Positions 1 to 17,179 are shown, numbered from the stretch's first letter. The stretch is DNA of 64,000 bases from the human T2T-CHM13v2.0 reference genome, Homo sapiens (GCF_009914755.1 NC_060931.1), one strand, 5' to 3'. Program-made: numbers and translations. The notes: generated from the letters alone by a model not told the origin.

Positions 1-105
1 CTATTTTTGCTTTCTGGACTATCTGTTTGAATCCCTTTCCATTGGGTTAATAGTCTTTTTAAAAATTTATTTGCAGTAGCTCCGATTTATTAGAGAAATG
101 TTTTC

Positions 106-241
106 TTCTTTTTTTTAAAATTATACTTTAAATTCTAGGGTACATGTGCACAACATGCAGGTTTGTTACATATGTATATATGTGCCATGTTGGTGTGCTG
201 CACCCATTAACTATATACCTAATGTAAATGACGAGTTAATG
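106..241 (-). mobile_element. Very short L1PA 3' end with 5' inversion (twin priming)
   Basis: T-rich tail followed by antisense L1 3'UTR (ttatacttt..gggtacatgtgcacaac..cacccattaact). 213-241 (atatacctaatgtaaatgacgagttaatg) is L1 sense sequence. 13-bp TSD gagaaat(g/t)ttttc at 93-105 and 241-253. Confidence 0.85.
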
Positions 242-287
242 AGAAATTTTTTCATTGTGTGAAGCACAAGAGTTCTTGAGTCTAAAG

Positions 288-288
288 T

Positions 289-321
<33 letters not shown>

Positions 322-496
322 AGATGGAGTCTTGCTCTGTTGTCCAGGTTGGAGTGCAGTAGTGCAATGACAGCTCACTGCAACTTCTGCCTCTTGGGCT
401 CAAGCAATCCTCCCACCTCAGCCTACCAAGAAGCTGGGACCACAGGCATGCACCACCACACCCAGCTAGGTTTTCGTATTTTTTGTAGAGACGAGG
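288..496 (-). mobile_element. 5'-truncated old Alu (AluJ/FRAM-like right monomer)
   Basis: PolyT then gagatggagtcttgctctgttgtccagg...; TSD tgagtctaaa at 277-286 and 498-507. Confidence 0.9.
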
Positions 497-802
497 CTGA
501 GTCTAAATTTCATCTTCCCACACCTATATTAAACAAATAAACAAAATATAATTTATGATAGTGTCTCAGAACTTGCAGATCTTCTGCACTATTTATCTGT
601 TTGCATATAATAATACGCCCTATTGTTTATTTCCCTGTAAGGTTTTTTATTCTCTGAAATTAGTTTACGGTGTTGATGAATTTCAACTTCCCTTTAATTT
701 TCCTTATTTCTGGAACCTTCCAAAAGTCCACTGAAAATAATTTTACCTCTAAGAGGACTCCGTGCCAAAAGACATTTTCCTTTTCTGAAACAAAGAAGGT
801 AA

Positions 803-2370
803 TGTGAAAAACTCATTGTCAAGCCATATATACTGCTAAATTTGCAACCACAGACAGTATTTAGGTAAAAGATTGGGAGAAGAATCTTAAAGATTTCCGC
901 TGTAAAGTGGGAATAATTTAGTGTTGATGTTACAGGTAGATAGGCATGACCCAGACAGGAGAGGGCTCTCCCCCAACCCACCGGGAATGTCTGGTGATGG
1001 TTCGGCAACAGAGAGACCATTTCCTGATGGTCCACACCTGTTAACATCAACACCTTAATTGAATACAGACCCCAGGGAGAAGCAACTTTGTGGGGATGCA
1101 CTTTAAGAGACAAAAATGGCAAAGTATGACATCCAGGTACACGCCACTGGAAAAGGGAAGAAAGCCTCAGATGGGCTTGCATTTAACTTCCTAAACGTAC
1201 TGCTTGGCATGCCCAGGTCCAAAGGGTAAGGAAAGCACTGCGCATGCGGGAAGCCCACCCTGGGGGAAGAATCATGGGAAAGAGGAGAGCGTATGAAAGT
1301 CCTAGGATCAAGGCTAAAGACCCCTCTTTTAGCTCTTTTTCTCTGTTGGAACTTCAGGCATCTGGTTGGGTTTCTTCCAAGTGAATTTTCCTTTCTTTCC
1401 TGTTCTAAAGACTTTTTAACAAACTTCCACTCCTGCTCTGAAATTTGCCTTGGTCTCTTTTTCTGCTTTATGCCCCTCAGTCGAGTTCTTTCTTCTGAGG
1501 AGGCAAGGACTGAAGTTGCTATGGACCCATACGGATTCGCCGCTGGTAACTCAGGGTAACTTGGATCTCTGCCACCAGTAACATTGGGATATTAAGACTA
1601 TAAAGAAAGGCGTAAGGATTCAGGGTTATATTTGGCCTTCAAAAGAGAATATCCAGAAATAAATTAAATTCTCTTAAACCACCTTTAGGATTTCACAATA
1701 ACATGGATCTCTCTTTTGAATCTAAGCATTTTGGATGCCCGTTTTTTTTTTTTGGCTGTCTGTAATAGCAAGCTGTTTTGCCTCAGCTCCTTCCTTTTCA
1801 GACCTAACCCATAGTAATCGTCTTGCTCTGAATTTACCTCTCTAGGATGGTGTTTCCCTTCCTGTTTGCTGATCCACTGGGGCTGTCCCAGAAAGAGAAC
1901 TACAACGCTACTCTTTCCCATGCCTTGCTTGTCCACAGGTAAATTTTCCTGGATTATGGCTAGCCAAAAACAAATTCTGAAAATATAAAGAATAGATTGT
2001 AATTGACAAACCCTTTGTTTTCAGGTTATTCATGTCAGGTTTCAGCAATAACACAAAGCTCTCTTTGTCCTTGAAAAACAGAAAGAACCTCTTAACTTAT
2101 CAAGTATTTAAATCTTCTCAAATATGGTGGGGAGTCTAATGCATGAATCCTGGCCTGGTACATGGAAAGTGCTGTGAAAAAACTCATTCTCAAGCCCCAT
2201 ATGCTGCTAAATTTGCAACCACAAATAGTTCTTAGGTAAAAGATTGAGAGGCATTAAAGAATCTGCAAAGATTTACAGTGGGAATAATTCAGGGGTTTGG
2301 GATGTTAAGACTGAAAGAAAGGCATAAGGACTCAGGGTTATATTTAGCCTGCAAAAGGGAAGTTGCCAGA
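803..2370 (+). repeat. Diverged ~200-bp local direct duplication (copy A 803-927 plus 1584-1657; copy B 2173-2370)
   Basis: Shared blocks ctgctaaatttgcaaccaca, ttaggtaaaagattg, agtgggaataatt, aaagaaaggc, tcagggttatattt; roughly 80% identity by eye. Confidence 0.85.
928..1583 (+). mobile_element. Solo class I ERV LTR (MER4 group, MER50-like; subfamily uncertain)
   Basis: TGTTAC...GTAACA inverted termini, 4-bp TSD ttga/ttgg; the empty site is visible in the paralogous copy near 2297. Confidence 0.8.
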
Positions 2371-2689
2371 GAACTTTAATAATGTTTCTAGGTCATAAAA
2401 TAAACATGAAAACGATTGTGCCTTATTGGCCTTTATCTGCGGATAAGGGAAAATGAGTACGTAAAACATGAGGAAGAATTTAGGGTGGAAACAAAATAAC
2501 ACTTTGATTGAATATGTTCCTCATTTAAAAATAAAAGTGCACTTTTTTCTACATGTATTATACTTCAATAAAAAGTTAAAAGACAAATTTTCATACGTGT
2601 GGGGTTGCTTTGGAATGGTCAGAGAGCTAGATAGTTTCCTAAAGTTTGGTGATCATGAGTGTGGCCTCCGCCCTCAGATTTTTTTGACT

Positions 2690-3810
2690 AAATGCTAGCC
2701 ACACTGCTTTCTGTTTGTATGACCTTGGGCGAACCTCTATCCTAGCTTCTTCTTGCCTCGTTTCTAAAGTGAGATAATGAGAGTATTCATCAACTAGTAT
2801 TGTTATGGGGATTAGATAACATATGTGTCATAGTTATAATTTGTTTTTCTTTTAAAAGGCAGAACATTCAAATATTAGTGGTCTGAAGAGACAAATTATT
2901 TTTCTCTCATGAATAATTTCTAGTACATGTCTTGGACTGGCATGGCGCCACTCAGTTTCTGGTATCCAGATTCTATCTCATCTGGATGCTTTATTGTATA
3001 TGACTTACATTCCGAAGTATGTATATGCCTATTCTAGCTGTCTAGTCATTGTCTGCATTCTAGCCACCTGGAAGGATAAGAAGGTTCTTTCTTGAGAACA
3101 GTACCTGGAAATTGCACTTTCATCCCCAGCCCATTGGTCAGAACTTAGTGGCATGGTGGCACTTAGTCACTGGGGAGGCTGGAAAGCATTGTCTTGATTC
3201 CAAGTAAAATTATATCCAGCCACTAATCATGGGTTCTATTAGTATAGATGAAGGAGATTAGTATAGATAAATGTAGTTGTTGAGGGAGAACAGATATTTA
3301 GGAGTTAGCAACTTCTGCTATAATGCGCAAAATGCTTAGCACAGAATCTAGCAATAAACAAAAACCCATGACTATTGTCATTGCAAACTTAGATTCACAA
3401 TCTAGTATCCCATCAGCTGTTTTCATCTCGTTGTTCCACAGGCACTGTCAACTCAACGTTTCTAAAAATGAAGTCATTATTTCACTCTGTATTCCCTCTC
3501 TTCCCCTGTTTACCTACTCAGAGGACATCCAAAAGCTTCAGCTTTTGTGTTCTTAGTCTTGGATAAAGGCTTCACCAGCCATCCCTCTTGGAGTTTTTTC
3601 TCTACTACCCCTTTAGCTTCACTCAATACATCTAATCAGTTTCAAAGATCAGTGGTTCTCTTTGGGAAATGTCCCTCAGACACGTCCTCTTTTCTCCACT
3701 CTCACTGTCCATTACCTTCACAACTCTTTAGAATGGTTCACAAGGCCCTTTATAGTCTGACTCCAATTTATTACTCATCTCAACACATCTCATACTCCAG
3801 CTACCCTGGG
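2690..3810. mobile_element. Ancient repeats: MIR split by an MLT1-type LTR, followed by an L2 fragment
   Basis: MIR-like tgtatgaccttgggc and atgcttagcacag; MLT1-like cccattggtcagaacttagt..ggggaggctggaaa; L2-like ggcactgtcaactcaac. Confidence 0.5.
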
Positions 3811-3835
3811 TGAAAAAGATGAGAAGCAAATATTT

Positions 3836-4155
3836 TATTTTATATTATTTAATTTAATTAATTAATTTGTTTGACAGGGTCTCACTCCAGTTGCCCAGGC
3901 TGTAGTGCAGTGCTGTGATCTCAGCTCACTTCAGCCTCAACCTCCCTAGCTCAGGTGATCCTTCCACCTCAGCCTCCCTAGTAGCTGGAACTCAGGCACA
4001 TGCCACCACACCCAGCTAATATTTTTGTATTTTTAGTAGAGACTGGGTTTCGTCATGTTGCCTAGGCTGGTCACAAACTCCTGAATTCAAACAATCTGCT
4101 CACCTCATCCTCTCAAAATGCTGAGATTACAGCCATGAGCCACTGTGCCCCTCCT
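3836..4155 (-). mobile_element. AluJ
   Basis: Diverged dimeric Alu (gacagggtctcact..); TSD agaagcaaatattt at 3822 and 4156. Confidence 0.9.
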
Positions 4156-5644
4156 AGAAGCAAATATTTATATTTTGACTATTTTAGGCAAAGTTTGAAC
4201 AAAATATTTACTTAATAAAAGATTTAATTTTTCACAAAGATTGAGATGAAAAATTCAAGTAAGCAACCAGTTTTATATTGCTATAGGCAATGCAACATCC
4301 AAAAACCTTTTCTGAATAGAGGACTTCTACATGTCTCCCAAAAAAATGAAAAATCTGCTAAGGAAATAAAGATAATCTACATTCTATTCACGTGGGTCAT
4401 TTGTAATCCTCCCCTTAAAGCTAACAGACTCACATGAATGTGAGAACATTTGAGAGTTACTAGCTTCTTTTCCATATTTTCTCCCATACTCTGTTAAAGA
4501 TTTGCAAATGACCCATACATGAATTACTCTCTTGTGATAAAAATAAACTTGCTTTCTAAGCAGTTAAGCCCTAGCTATTTGGTTGTTACAACCTTTTTTT
4601 TTCCATTTTTTTCTTGTATGGTATTTATCTGAGACTGTCGAAAGTTTTTTATCACTTTTCTTTCTTGTTGGTTAAATGTTGAGAATTTTTTCCTTTGCCA
4701 CTGAAGAAAAATCAATCTGTAAATGAAAATAGATATGTAAGCCAAGTTATTAATGAACTTTGGCTAATTTTTATAGACCCACTCTAGTAAAACCTTTTAC
4801 CTATTTCAACTTTAAGGTGTGGTTGAGTTAGAGTGATTCTGTTATATAATGATGGAATTTGACCTGATGTATTTCAGTTCAGAGTTACTCTATTTGCACT
4901 TCCAATCTCTTGATTTTATGTGTCACATAAAGCCTATATAAGTAAACATATATCTTTGTTGACTAAAAGAAAAAATGTTTCCCAATCTATAGTCTTATAA
5001 GCCACTAACAGGTATATATTTTTTATGCATAAAAGAAATGAAGGAATTTATCATTTCTATGCATATTTATTAAAATGTACTATGAAATTTAAGATATTAA
5101 GATAAATTTATTGAAAATGGAATACATTTTCAGATGCCTGGACCACCTTCTTTCTCTAGTCCCTACTGTATTTTAGATTATTCTTTTGCAAAATTTTTTG
5201 GGAGGATGAACTCTTCCTATTGTAATCACATGGTAGTAGAACTAACATTTTATTAGTTTCCTCTAGAACACAGTCTTACTTGATTCTTAGAATTATGCAT
5301 AAGAATTATATTTTTTTCCTTAAACAAGTTTGCTTGCCTTTCTTGCATAGTATGTAGAAGGGAGAATTTGATTATAAACTTATCCAATTATCTTTTAAAA
5401 TACAAGTAAGACTATTTCAGAGTTACAACATTTAATGGAAATACATCAGTAAGCTTTAAGGGCTATTTGCAGTTTGAGATAATTTTTAGAAGCCTCTTTC
5501 TCAACAGGAAACAAGTGGATCTTTTTGCAATAACTTTATCATTTAAATTATCAAAATGATTTCAAACCATATCTCTGTCAAAGATTTGTTAACTCATTTA
5601 AATGTCTGGATTGGCAGATCATGAAACAACAGTATAAATACTTT

Positions 5645-5772
5645 GTATTTGTATGTATATGTATATATATATATATATACACATACATGCATAGATACAT
5701 GCATATATACACATGTGCATAGATACATGCACATATACGCATATGTATATATGTATATTTAATATGTATATT
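5645..5772. repeat. (TA)n/(TACA)n-type purine-pyrimidine microsatellite
   Basis: gtatgtatatgtatatatatatatatatacacatacatgcatagatacatgc... Confidence 0.85.
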
Positions 5773-5830
5773 AAAACCAAATATGCATATTATTCAACAA
5801 ATTGATATCCCCCTGAAATAACCTCCATTC

Positions 5831-6489
<659 letters not shown>

Positions 6490-6959
6490 TAAACAGAAGA
6501 CCACCAAATATGTGCAACTTGTTATTTCTGTAACTATCTCCTAAGCATTTTTTTCTGTTTTCTTTCAATCTAAGAAATGGAAATTCTGTTCTCCACCTCT
6601 CCCTTTTTAAAACCTAGAGTGATCTAAATCATGAAAGCTAATTGTTGAGGAAAAGATGTCTGCTTTTACTCCAGCATAAGAATCTCATGGGAAAATAAGT
6701 CATATGCAGATAAATTACAGTTGCCCAGATGAGTCCAGTGTTCACAAATTTACCTCTTTATTAAGCCCTTTCCATGGAAATTCTCTCCTTTTCTAGTGGG
6801 TTCTAGGTTTCAGTCCTCTAAATTTATATTAGAATGAGTTTTCCAGGAATTATCTGGCCACCTTAATAAAGATATGGTTTTTACCTTTCTGTTTTTCTTA
6901 CCAGAACCCCTGGCACTCTCATCTTTCTGTAGGCAGGAAGTTTTAAGTTGTCTGCACTC

Positions 6960-9000
<2,041 letters not shown>

Positions 9001-9297
9001 AACATTTTAATGTTTAACAATTATTGCATTTCAAATAAGAAAAAGGACACATTAGTCAATTAATTGTATTTTGGCAGCTGGAAAATAAAGTTCTTATGTT
9101 CCTAATTGCTGTCTTACCCCAAATGATGGAATGTTGAATGACAATCTAATGAATGACTAAAGTTGACAGCACTGCCTTTGGAAGCTATTACTGCCAGAAA
9201 GGAGAAGTGATATTACAGGATTTGACGGGAAGGCAAAGGAAGGGAAGACAAGAAGAAGGAGAAGAAAGATTTTATAATCATCATAATAACAATAGTA

Positions 9298-10032
9298 CAT
9301 GGTCATGCATTGCTTAATGAGAGAGATACATTCTGAGAAACATGTTATAAGGTGATTTCATCATTGTGTGAACATCATAGCATGTACTTACACAAACTTT
9401 GATGGTATAGCCTACTACACACCTAGGCTGTATGGTATAGCCTATTGCTCCTAGGATACAGACCTGTACAGCAAGTTACTATGTTGAATACTGCAGGCAG
9501 TTGTAACACAATGGTATTTGCCTACCCAAACATATCTAAACACAGGAAAAGTATAGTAAAAATAAAGTATAAAAGATAAAAAACAGTACACTTAGCATGA
9601 ATGGAACTTGCAGAACTTGAAGTTGCTCTGGGTGAGCCAATGAGTGAGTAGCAAATGAATGTGAAGGCCTACGACATTACTGTATACTATTCTAGACTTT
9701 ATAACCAATGTATACTTAGGCTTACTACACTTACATAAAAAATTTATTTCTTCAGAAATAAATTAGTCTTAACTTACTGTAACGTTTTTATTTTATAAAC
9801 TTAATTTTAAAAAACTTTTGACTCTTTCGTAATAATAGCCAAAAATACAAACACATTGTACAGTCATATAAAAGTATTTTCTTCCTTTATTCCTATTTTT
9901 TTCCTATTTTTAATTTCTTTTATTTAAAAAAAAATTTAAAAATGAAGACACGAACACATTTATTAGCCCAGACCTACACAGGGTCGGGATCATCACTATC
10001 ATTGCCTTCCACCTCCACATCTTATCACACTG
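9298..10032. mobile_element. Tigger3/GOLEM DNA transposon, truncated copy
   Basis: gtcatgcattgcttaa..gatggtatagcctactacacacctagg; collinear with the complete copy at 40401-41595. Confidence 0.85.
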
Positions 10033-10688
10033 GTTACTCATAAAATATTATCAGCTGGAATTTTTATTATTATTTCCTAATTTGCAAATGCGGAAAGAGG
10101 GTCAGAATAGTTAGACATTTTCCTAACGTCTTGTCTTGGAGCAATAAATGTAGAGCTGGGATTTGAATCCAGGCCTGTGTATCTCCCAATGCTGAACCCT
10201 TTCTGCAAGATAAGACACTTGGAAATTAATGCTTGAATTTAGTTTGATGTTCCAGTGGCTGTATGTTTATGAGACTAAAAAATAAAATGCCAGTCAGTGT
10301 GGAAATTGGTATCTACTGAATTGAATGCTTTAAGTTATTTAGGTTTTCCCCACCTTCCCTGTCCCTGAAACAGGTACAACCAAAAGCTTCTTATTCTAAT
10401 CAAACTAACACTAAATTATTTTTCTTCTGAATGATGACTATACCTTTCCCAGACAATAAAGTCTTTTATTTTCTGTAATTTCTCATTCTTTCTTTTTATA
10501 CACTACAAGGTTGTTATTATTGAGAATTCAGGTCTATTAATAAAAACAGTTAAATTTATTCTGTACACATTATGTGTCAAAGTGTGCCAGATTATTGATG
10601 TATATAATTTCATTTAACACACATTAGCATCTAAATATTTAAACATTTAAACCACTATTTGATAGGACTAATCAACAATCCTGTCAAA

Positions 10689-10892
10689 TAGTGGTTCTCA
10701 ACAATTTTCCCCCCAGGGAACATTTGACAACGTCTGGAGAGAATTTTGTTTTTTACGGCCAGAGGATGTACTGGCATCTAGTGAGCAGAGATCAGAGATG
10801 CTGATAAATATACTACAATACACAGAACAGCTCCTTACAGCAAATAATTGTCTGATACAAAATGTTAACATCGCCAACGTTGAGAAACCTTG
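10689..10892 (+). mobile_element. MER20 (hAT-Charlie) inside a MIR
   Basis: agtggttctcaac..ccccagggaacatttgacaacgtctggaga..gttgagaaacc terminal inverted repeats. Confidence 0.85.
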
Positions 10893-13800
10893 CTATAAAG
10901 TGTTACGGTCTCTGTGTTATAGATGAAGAGGGTTCAGGGAGGCTTAGTAACTTACCCAAGTTTATGTAGCCTGGGAATGACAGAACCAGGCTTGGAACCT
11001 AGGTATATCTTGATCAAAGTCCATGCTTTACCTCGTAGAGAGGCAAAGAGAATTTCAGTTTAGAGAAGGTGAAGATTAGTACATATATGCCAAAACCATA
11101 TAATTATGTGAGAGGATAATTAAATGAAAACATATCATTGTCAAATGGATTGCTTAGCGAAAGCTTCCGAGATGCCTAAAGCTTTGATTTGAGATTTTGA
11201 TTTTGATTTAGAGAAATAAAACTGTAGTGATGATAGAAAAAGTGGATTCATTTTTTTCTTTCATTTAATCACTTCATTTTTTTCTTTCTGAAAATGTTGT
11301 TACTGGATGTTAAAGCTTGGAAAAAAGACCTAGGCAATCAGATGAAATTATTCAGCCTTCTGGGAAAGAGGATCAACAAAGAATGTTTCATCGTGACTTC
11401 ACTAAAAATAGACACATTATAATGGAACCAAATTGATACCAAGAAAGACTTAATATTATAGCGATAAACTGCCTGAAATGCTAAACAATCTTTTAAATGA
11501 GTTAATTGCAGTTTAGAACATATAAATAGAGCATTTGGCTTATTAAAAAACAAGGCAGGCTGCTTAATGGGCTTATTTTAAAGGAACCTTTTTGCATTTC
11601 TTTCTCTATTCAGCTAAATATAATATACTAGGGGATATATTTACAATCTTATATATATATCTCATGTAAGCAGTTTACAGAGACTGAACCTAAGTATTTT
11701 AGACTTTTATCAGTGAAGAGGAAATAATCTTTCTTCTGAACCATTTCCATCATATTTTCATATGGTATTTTCATAGTAGAAAGTGAACAATATGGCAATT
11801 AATATAAATGGAAAATGAAGGACACATCAGATCTTATTGGTATATTTTGGAACTTGGGAGACAGGTGGAATAGTGATATTTCTAACTGCAGGGTGGGGTG
11901 TAGCTTGGAGATGAGGTATTTCGACCAGGAAGACTTACTCCAAGTGTAATTTCCTGATCTACCTATACCAGTTTATGGGAACGTACCAAACATTGACACA
12001 GTACTTGAAAACTCACTGCAGAGCATTTACAAACATTATTATTTTTGTTGTTTGTTTCCTCTAAATTCTGAGCTTTGTGACGGCAAGATTTCTGTCTAAT
12101 TTTTGCAGTATTAGGTGTTTCTTTAACGAATTCTTGGATGTACTGGAACATTCTTTTCAGTTCCAAGGAATTTATCTAGTTAAAAGAGATCTGTAGATAA
12201 TACAAACAAACACCTAAATGGGAGAGGAGGTAGATGTGTAAGCAGTTTGTGTAGACAGAGAAACTGAAACCGAGAAAACAGAAGAGAATGGACATAGACT
12301 GAAATCAGAAGTGAAATAAGAAGCTAAAGATCATTACTAAGAAGCATTAGTGAACAGGCCATAAGAAAACAAAGGCCCTATTTGAATCTATTTTTGAATC
12401 AACCGAAGTCTGTAGAATAAAATATGAACAGGGATCTGAACACGTTCCTTTTCCTCTGCCTGGGTTATGCTGTTCTCACCTCCTCTAGCTGAGATGTATT
12501 TAAGAAAAAGTGAGCACTTTGTGGCTATGTTGATTCTTATGTATACTGTGCCTTTCCATTTTGAAGTGAGTGTATCTGGAATGTAAGTAGTTTGTTTTAG
12601 GACAGGTTTTGATAGCCTTCACTATTTGTAATATAATTTTTTAAACCTTTTTATTCATCAAGAAAGTATTGCTTAAATAGGCAATGGGCACCTTTCTGCT
12701 TATTGAATATATTTTAAACTTATTTCATAAATATTTGGTCATTTATTTATAGTATATTATTAGAATAACCCAGTACTTTAAAAAAAGGTATGAAGAGCTC
12801 AAAGAACTAAAATATTATAGTCTGTATTACATTATAGTCTGTCTTGCAAAATGAGGTCAGTGAGAAAATACGTACTTGGAACTTCTGAAAAATGTGAGCA
12901 GGGAGAAGTCATTGGAAGGTAAACTGTAATGAATGAATAATTGGAATATCTTCATCTGAGTCTGCTCAGTAAATCAGAGTTGCTTGAGAAATTGTTTTCA
13001 TTGACCGATTGTTTTTTGGGTTTGGAGAGAACAAAATGTGTCCAGGTAAATATGGAAGCAGCAAAGGCCTCCAGTAAAAGATAGAGTCAGAGGATCAAAC
13101 ACATTGTTGTTGCTGAATTATGAATGGCACAAGGACCTGGTGACCGGTTAATTCCTTTGGTTGGATTTTGGTGTGACAGAGAGCCTTCTCTGCTCCATGA
13201 TCACAGACCTGCCATTGGCTATTGTAGATATCAGAATTTGAAAAGCATTATTAATCTTGTCAAACCTTATATTGCTTAAGAAAAATTTTTGCTCTGGAAT
13301 CATAAAGTGACTTGTCTAAGGCCATACAATTGATTGGTTGCCTAGAGCTACCTAAATTTTATATTTAGACGTCATGACTCCCAGTTTAGTTCTTTTGCTA
13401 CTGCACTGTGCTGCCTCTTTTATGTGCCAAAGACTGACAAAGAGATGAATGGATGAATTCATTCTCACTCTCAGGGTTACAAATCAAAGTATCCGCAATT
13501 TGGTGGGCTACAGTATACTTATTTTTTAAAAAAACAAAAAACAAAAACCAAACCTTTCTGGGATTTTGAAGATAGAAGAGCAGTAAGATTTGAAATCCAA
13601 TGAACCTTCTTGGTGACACTAAAGAACTATCCTGAAGTTACAGACTAACATGTACTAATAGCATAACAGAGTGTAGGTGATGTAATTTAAAGGATGGTAT
13701 TTTTAAAATAGTGATTACAGCAAGGAATTTAATTATAAAGTTTACTGGTTTTCTTTTGTATGTGTGTGTGTTTCATAAATGTGAACAGAAAAGCAAAACC

Positions 13801-14133
13801 CTAACATATGACTCCACAAAGAATAGCTTCTGGAAATATTTTGAAATATTGAAGCATGAAGCCTTCTACTACTTGGAGTAGCTCATCTTAATCCTTAAAT
13901 ATACCCAGGTGTAACTTACCTGAGACTCGGAAAAGGGAATATCAGAAACATTAGGGGTAAAAGGAAAGACAAGCCAGTGTATTCATTCTGTTTACCCCAA
14001 AAAACAGGAAAAGCAAAGGTCTGTCTTGCTATCGTTTATTAAAGTTTTGGTTAGATTATAAAAAGGTGAAAGGAAAATAATTTTCTTTAGTCTAGGATGG
14101 GACAACACCAAAAGGAATTAATTCTTAAGTCTA

Positions 14134-14590
14134 TGCAATAGTTTTCCTTTGCTGCTGTAGCAAATCACTAAAAGCTCAGTGACTTAACACAAGAATGTAT
14201 CATCTTACAATTCTGTAGGATAGAAGTCTGATATGGGTCTCACTGGGCTAAAATCAAGGTGTAAATGGGACTGAATTTCTTTCTGGAGTCTCTAGAGGAG
14301 TGTCCACTTTGTTTCATTTTCCAGCTTCTAGAAGCTTCCCACATTTATTAGACATCTCCTTCCATCTCCAAAGTCAGCAACCCTGGATCCCTCTGACTCT
14401 TTGCCTCTGCCACCCTCTTCCACTTTTAAGGACATTGTGATTACATTAAATCCACCTGGATAAGCCAGGATACTCTCCCCACTTCAGAGTCCTTTACCTT
14501 AATTATATCTGCAAAGTTTCCTTTGCTACATAAGATAACATATTCATAGGATGTGGACAACATTAGGGTGCCACTATTCTGCCTACCATA
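14134..14590 (-). mobile_element. MLT1 (MaLR) solo LTR, MLT1C-like
   Basis: Reverse complement starts tatggtaggcagaat; 5-bp TSD gtcta/gtctt. Confidence 0.8.
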
Positions 14591-15004
14591 GTCTTTCTAG
14601 TTAACATCACGAAATATCAAACAGAAAATTTTAACTATCTCTGGTAATACATTAAAATCACTTTGAATTAATATATGCACATGGCAAAGAAAAGTTAAAT
14701 GGTACTGACATGTTTACCCTACACCTGATATCACTCTCCAGAAGTTGCCACTTTTACAAGTTCAGTTTTTAGGTATTCTGATGGTTAGTCCCGTATCTTC
14801 AAATAAATCATATACAATATTATTTCTTGACTTATCAACCCCAGATACTTTCTGGTGATGTCTTGGTATGAGTGATAACGACTTACAAGTCATCATTCCT
14901 CAAGTAACTTCCTAAGGAAGGGTGTGTGGGAGGTCAATTTGTCAGTGCTTGCAGATTGAAAAGTTCTGTACCATGCTGTCTTCCTTGATTAATGGTTTGG
15001 CTTA

Positions 15005-15882
<878 letters not shown>

Positions 15883-17179
15883 GCTGGGTAGACAATTCTA
15901 AAGTGAATAAGCAGAATCTTGAAGGCACTGTTCTACTCTTTGGTGTTGCTAATAAAACAAACAAACAGACAAAAAAGAATGGGATGTTTCTGGATCTCAT
16001 TCCTGGGTATGTAATCTGCTTTTTCCAGCCGTCTCTGGAACCTTTTAGTCTTTTAGCTCTTGGAGTTCTGAAGTATCATAGTAATGTGCCCTGGTGTGGT
16101 TCTTTTAAAATTCATCCTACTTGGTAGCAGGTAGTCCCTACCAGAACAAAGATACGCATCTCTTTTCAAATCTGGAGAATTTTCTTATTTTAGTTCTTTG
16201 ATAATTTCCTCTCTTCCCTTTAGAATTTCTAATAATTGGACTTCCTAAATTCTCAATTTTGATTGTCTTTTTTTTTCATATTTTTTTCTCATTGCTTTTG
16301 TTTTCTTTTGTTTTTACCCTTGGAAAATGCCTGCATTTTATCTTTTAAACTTCCAATTAATTTTTTGATTTGGGAAATTATTTTTTAATTCATAACTTCA
16401 TGTTGATCTTTGGATACAATATTTTCTACTCAAGGACTCTAATTAAAGTTGTTTATAAGACTGTTTTGGCTTCCTAAATGTTATCTCTTTATGTAGGAGT
16501 CAATTTTTCTACTTATCTTGGTCTTTTGATGTTATGCTGCAGCATTTACTCAGTTATCTGGTGATCATTCATTGTCCATTTGTATCTAAGACTAAGGGAA
16601 TTGCAAAGTTGATGGTGTGCTCTGTTTGTGAAAGAGATTTGTGGACTGGGGGTTTTAGAGTATAGTGCGAATTCTGGACATGAGCCACCTGTCTTTTGGC
16701 AAATACCAGGAGGAGGAAGGCTTTCCTTTCTGGCACCAGAGTGAAATGTCTGATTATAGGTTATCTTGCATGAGAAGACAGGAGTCTGACTATTTCGTAT
16801 GCAAGCCCTCAAGGAATCCCCCTGTTTTTAGCTCCACTATTTCTTTCCCTTTGTTCCACCTACAGACTCTGATCTGAAGCATCTCCAGATTTATGTTGGG
16901 AAAGCTGTTTCCCATATATACTGTAGACCTTTTTGTTTCTTATTCTGCGCTACAGCTTCAGCAGATGGCATTCTTTCTCAATTTCTAGGTTCTAGAAATT
17001 TTTTGAAGTAGCTGTATTGGGATTGTCCTACTCATGTTCCTTTAATTATTGTATTTTTATAATTTTTGATGATACTTTATTATAGTCTTATTCAGATCCA
17101 CAGAGAAAGAGAATCTGAATGAATAAACTGTATCTGCCATTTTGAACTGAAATCTTATACAATGTTTGGTTGGAGGTGG

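Noticed and set aside
694-1559. 162-aa and 88-aa ORFs
   Set aside because: They lie in or run out of the LTR at 928-1583 and resemble no protein family I recognise.
12970-13046. Exon-like open stretch KSELLEKLFSLTDCFLGLERTKCVQ ending at CAG|gtaaat; similar candidates near 5351-5405 and 23573-23633
   Set aside because: Weak acceptors or in-frame stops, no recognisable protein, and no consistent multi-exon chain.
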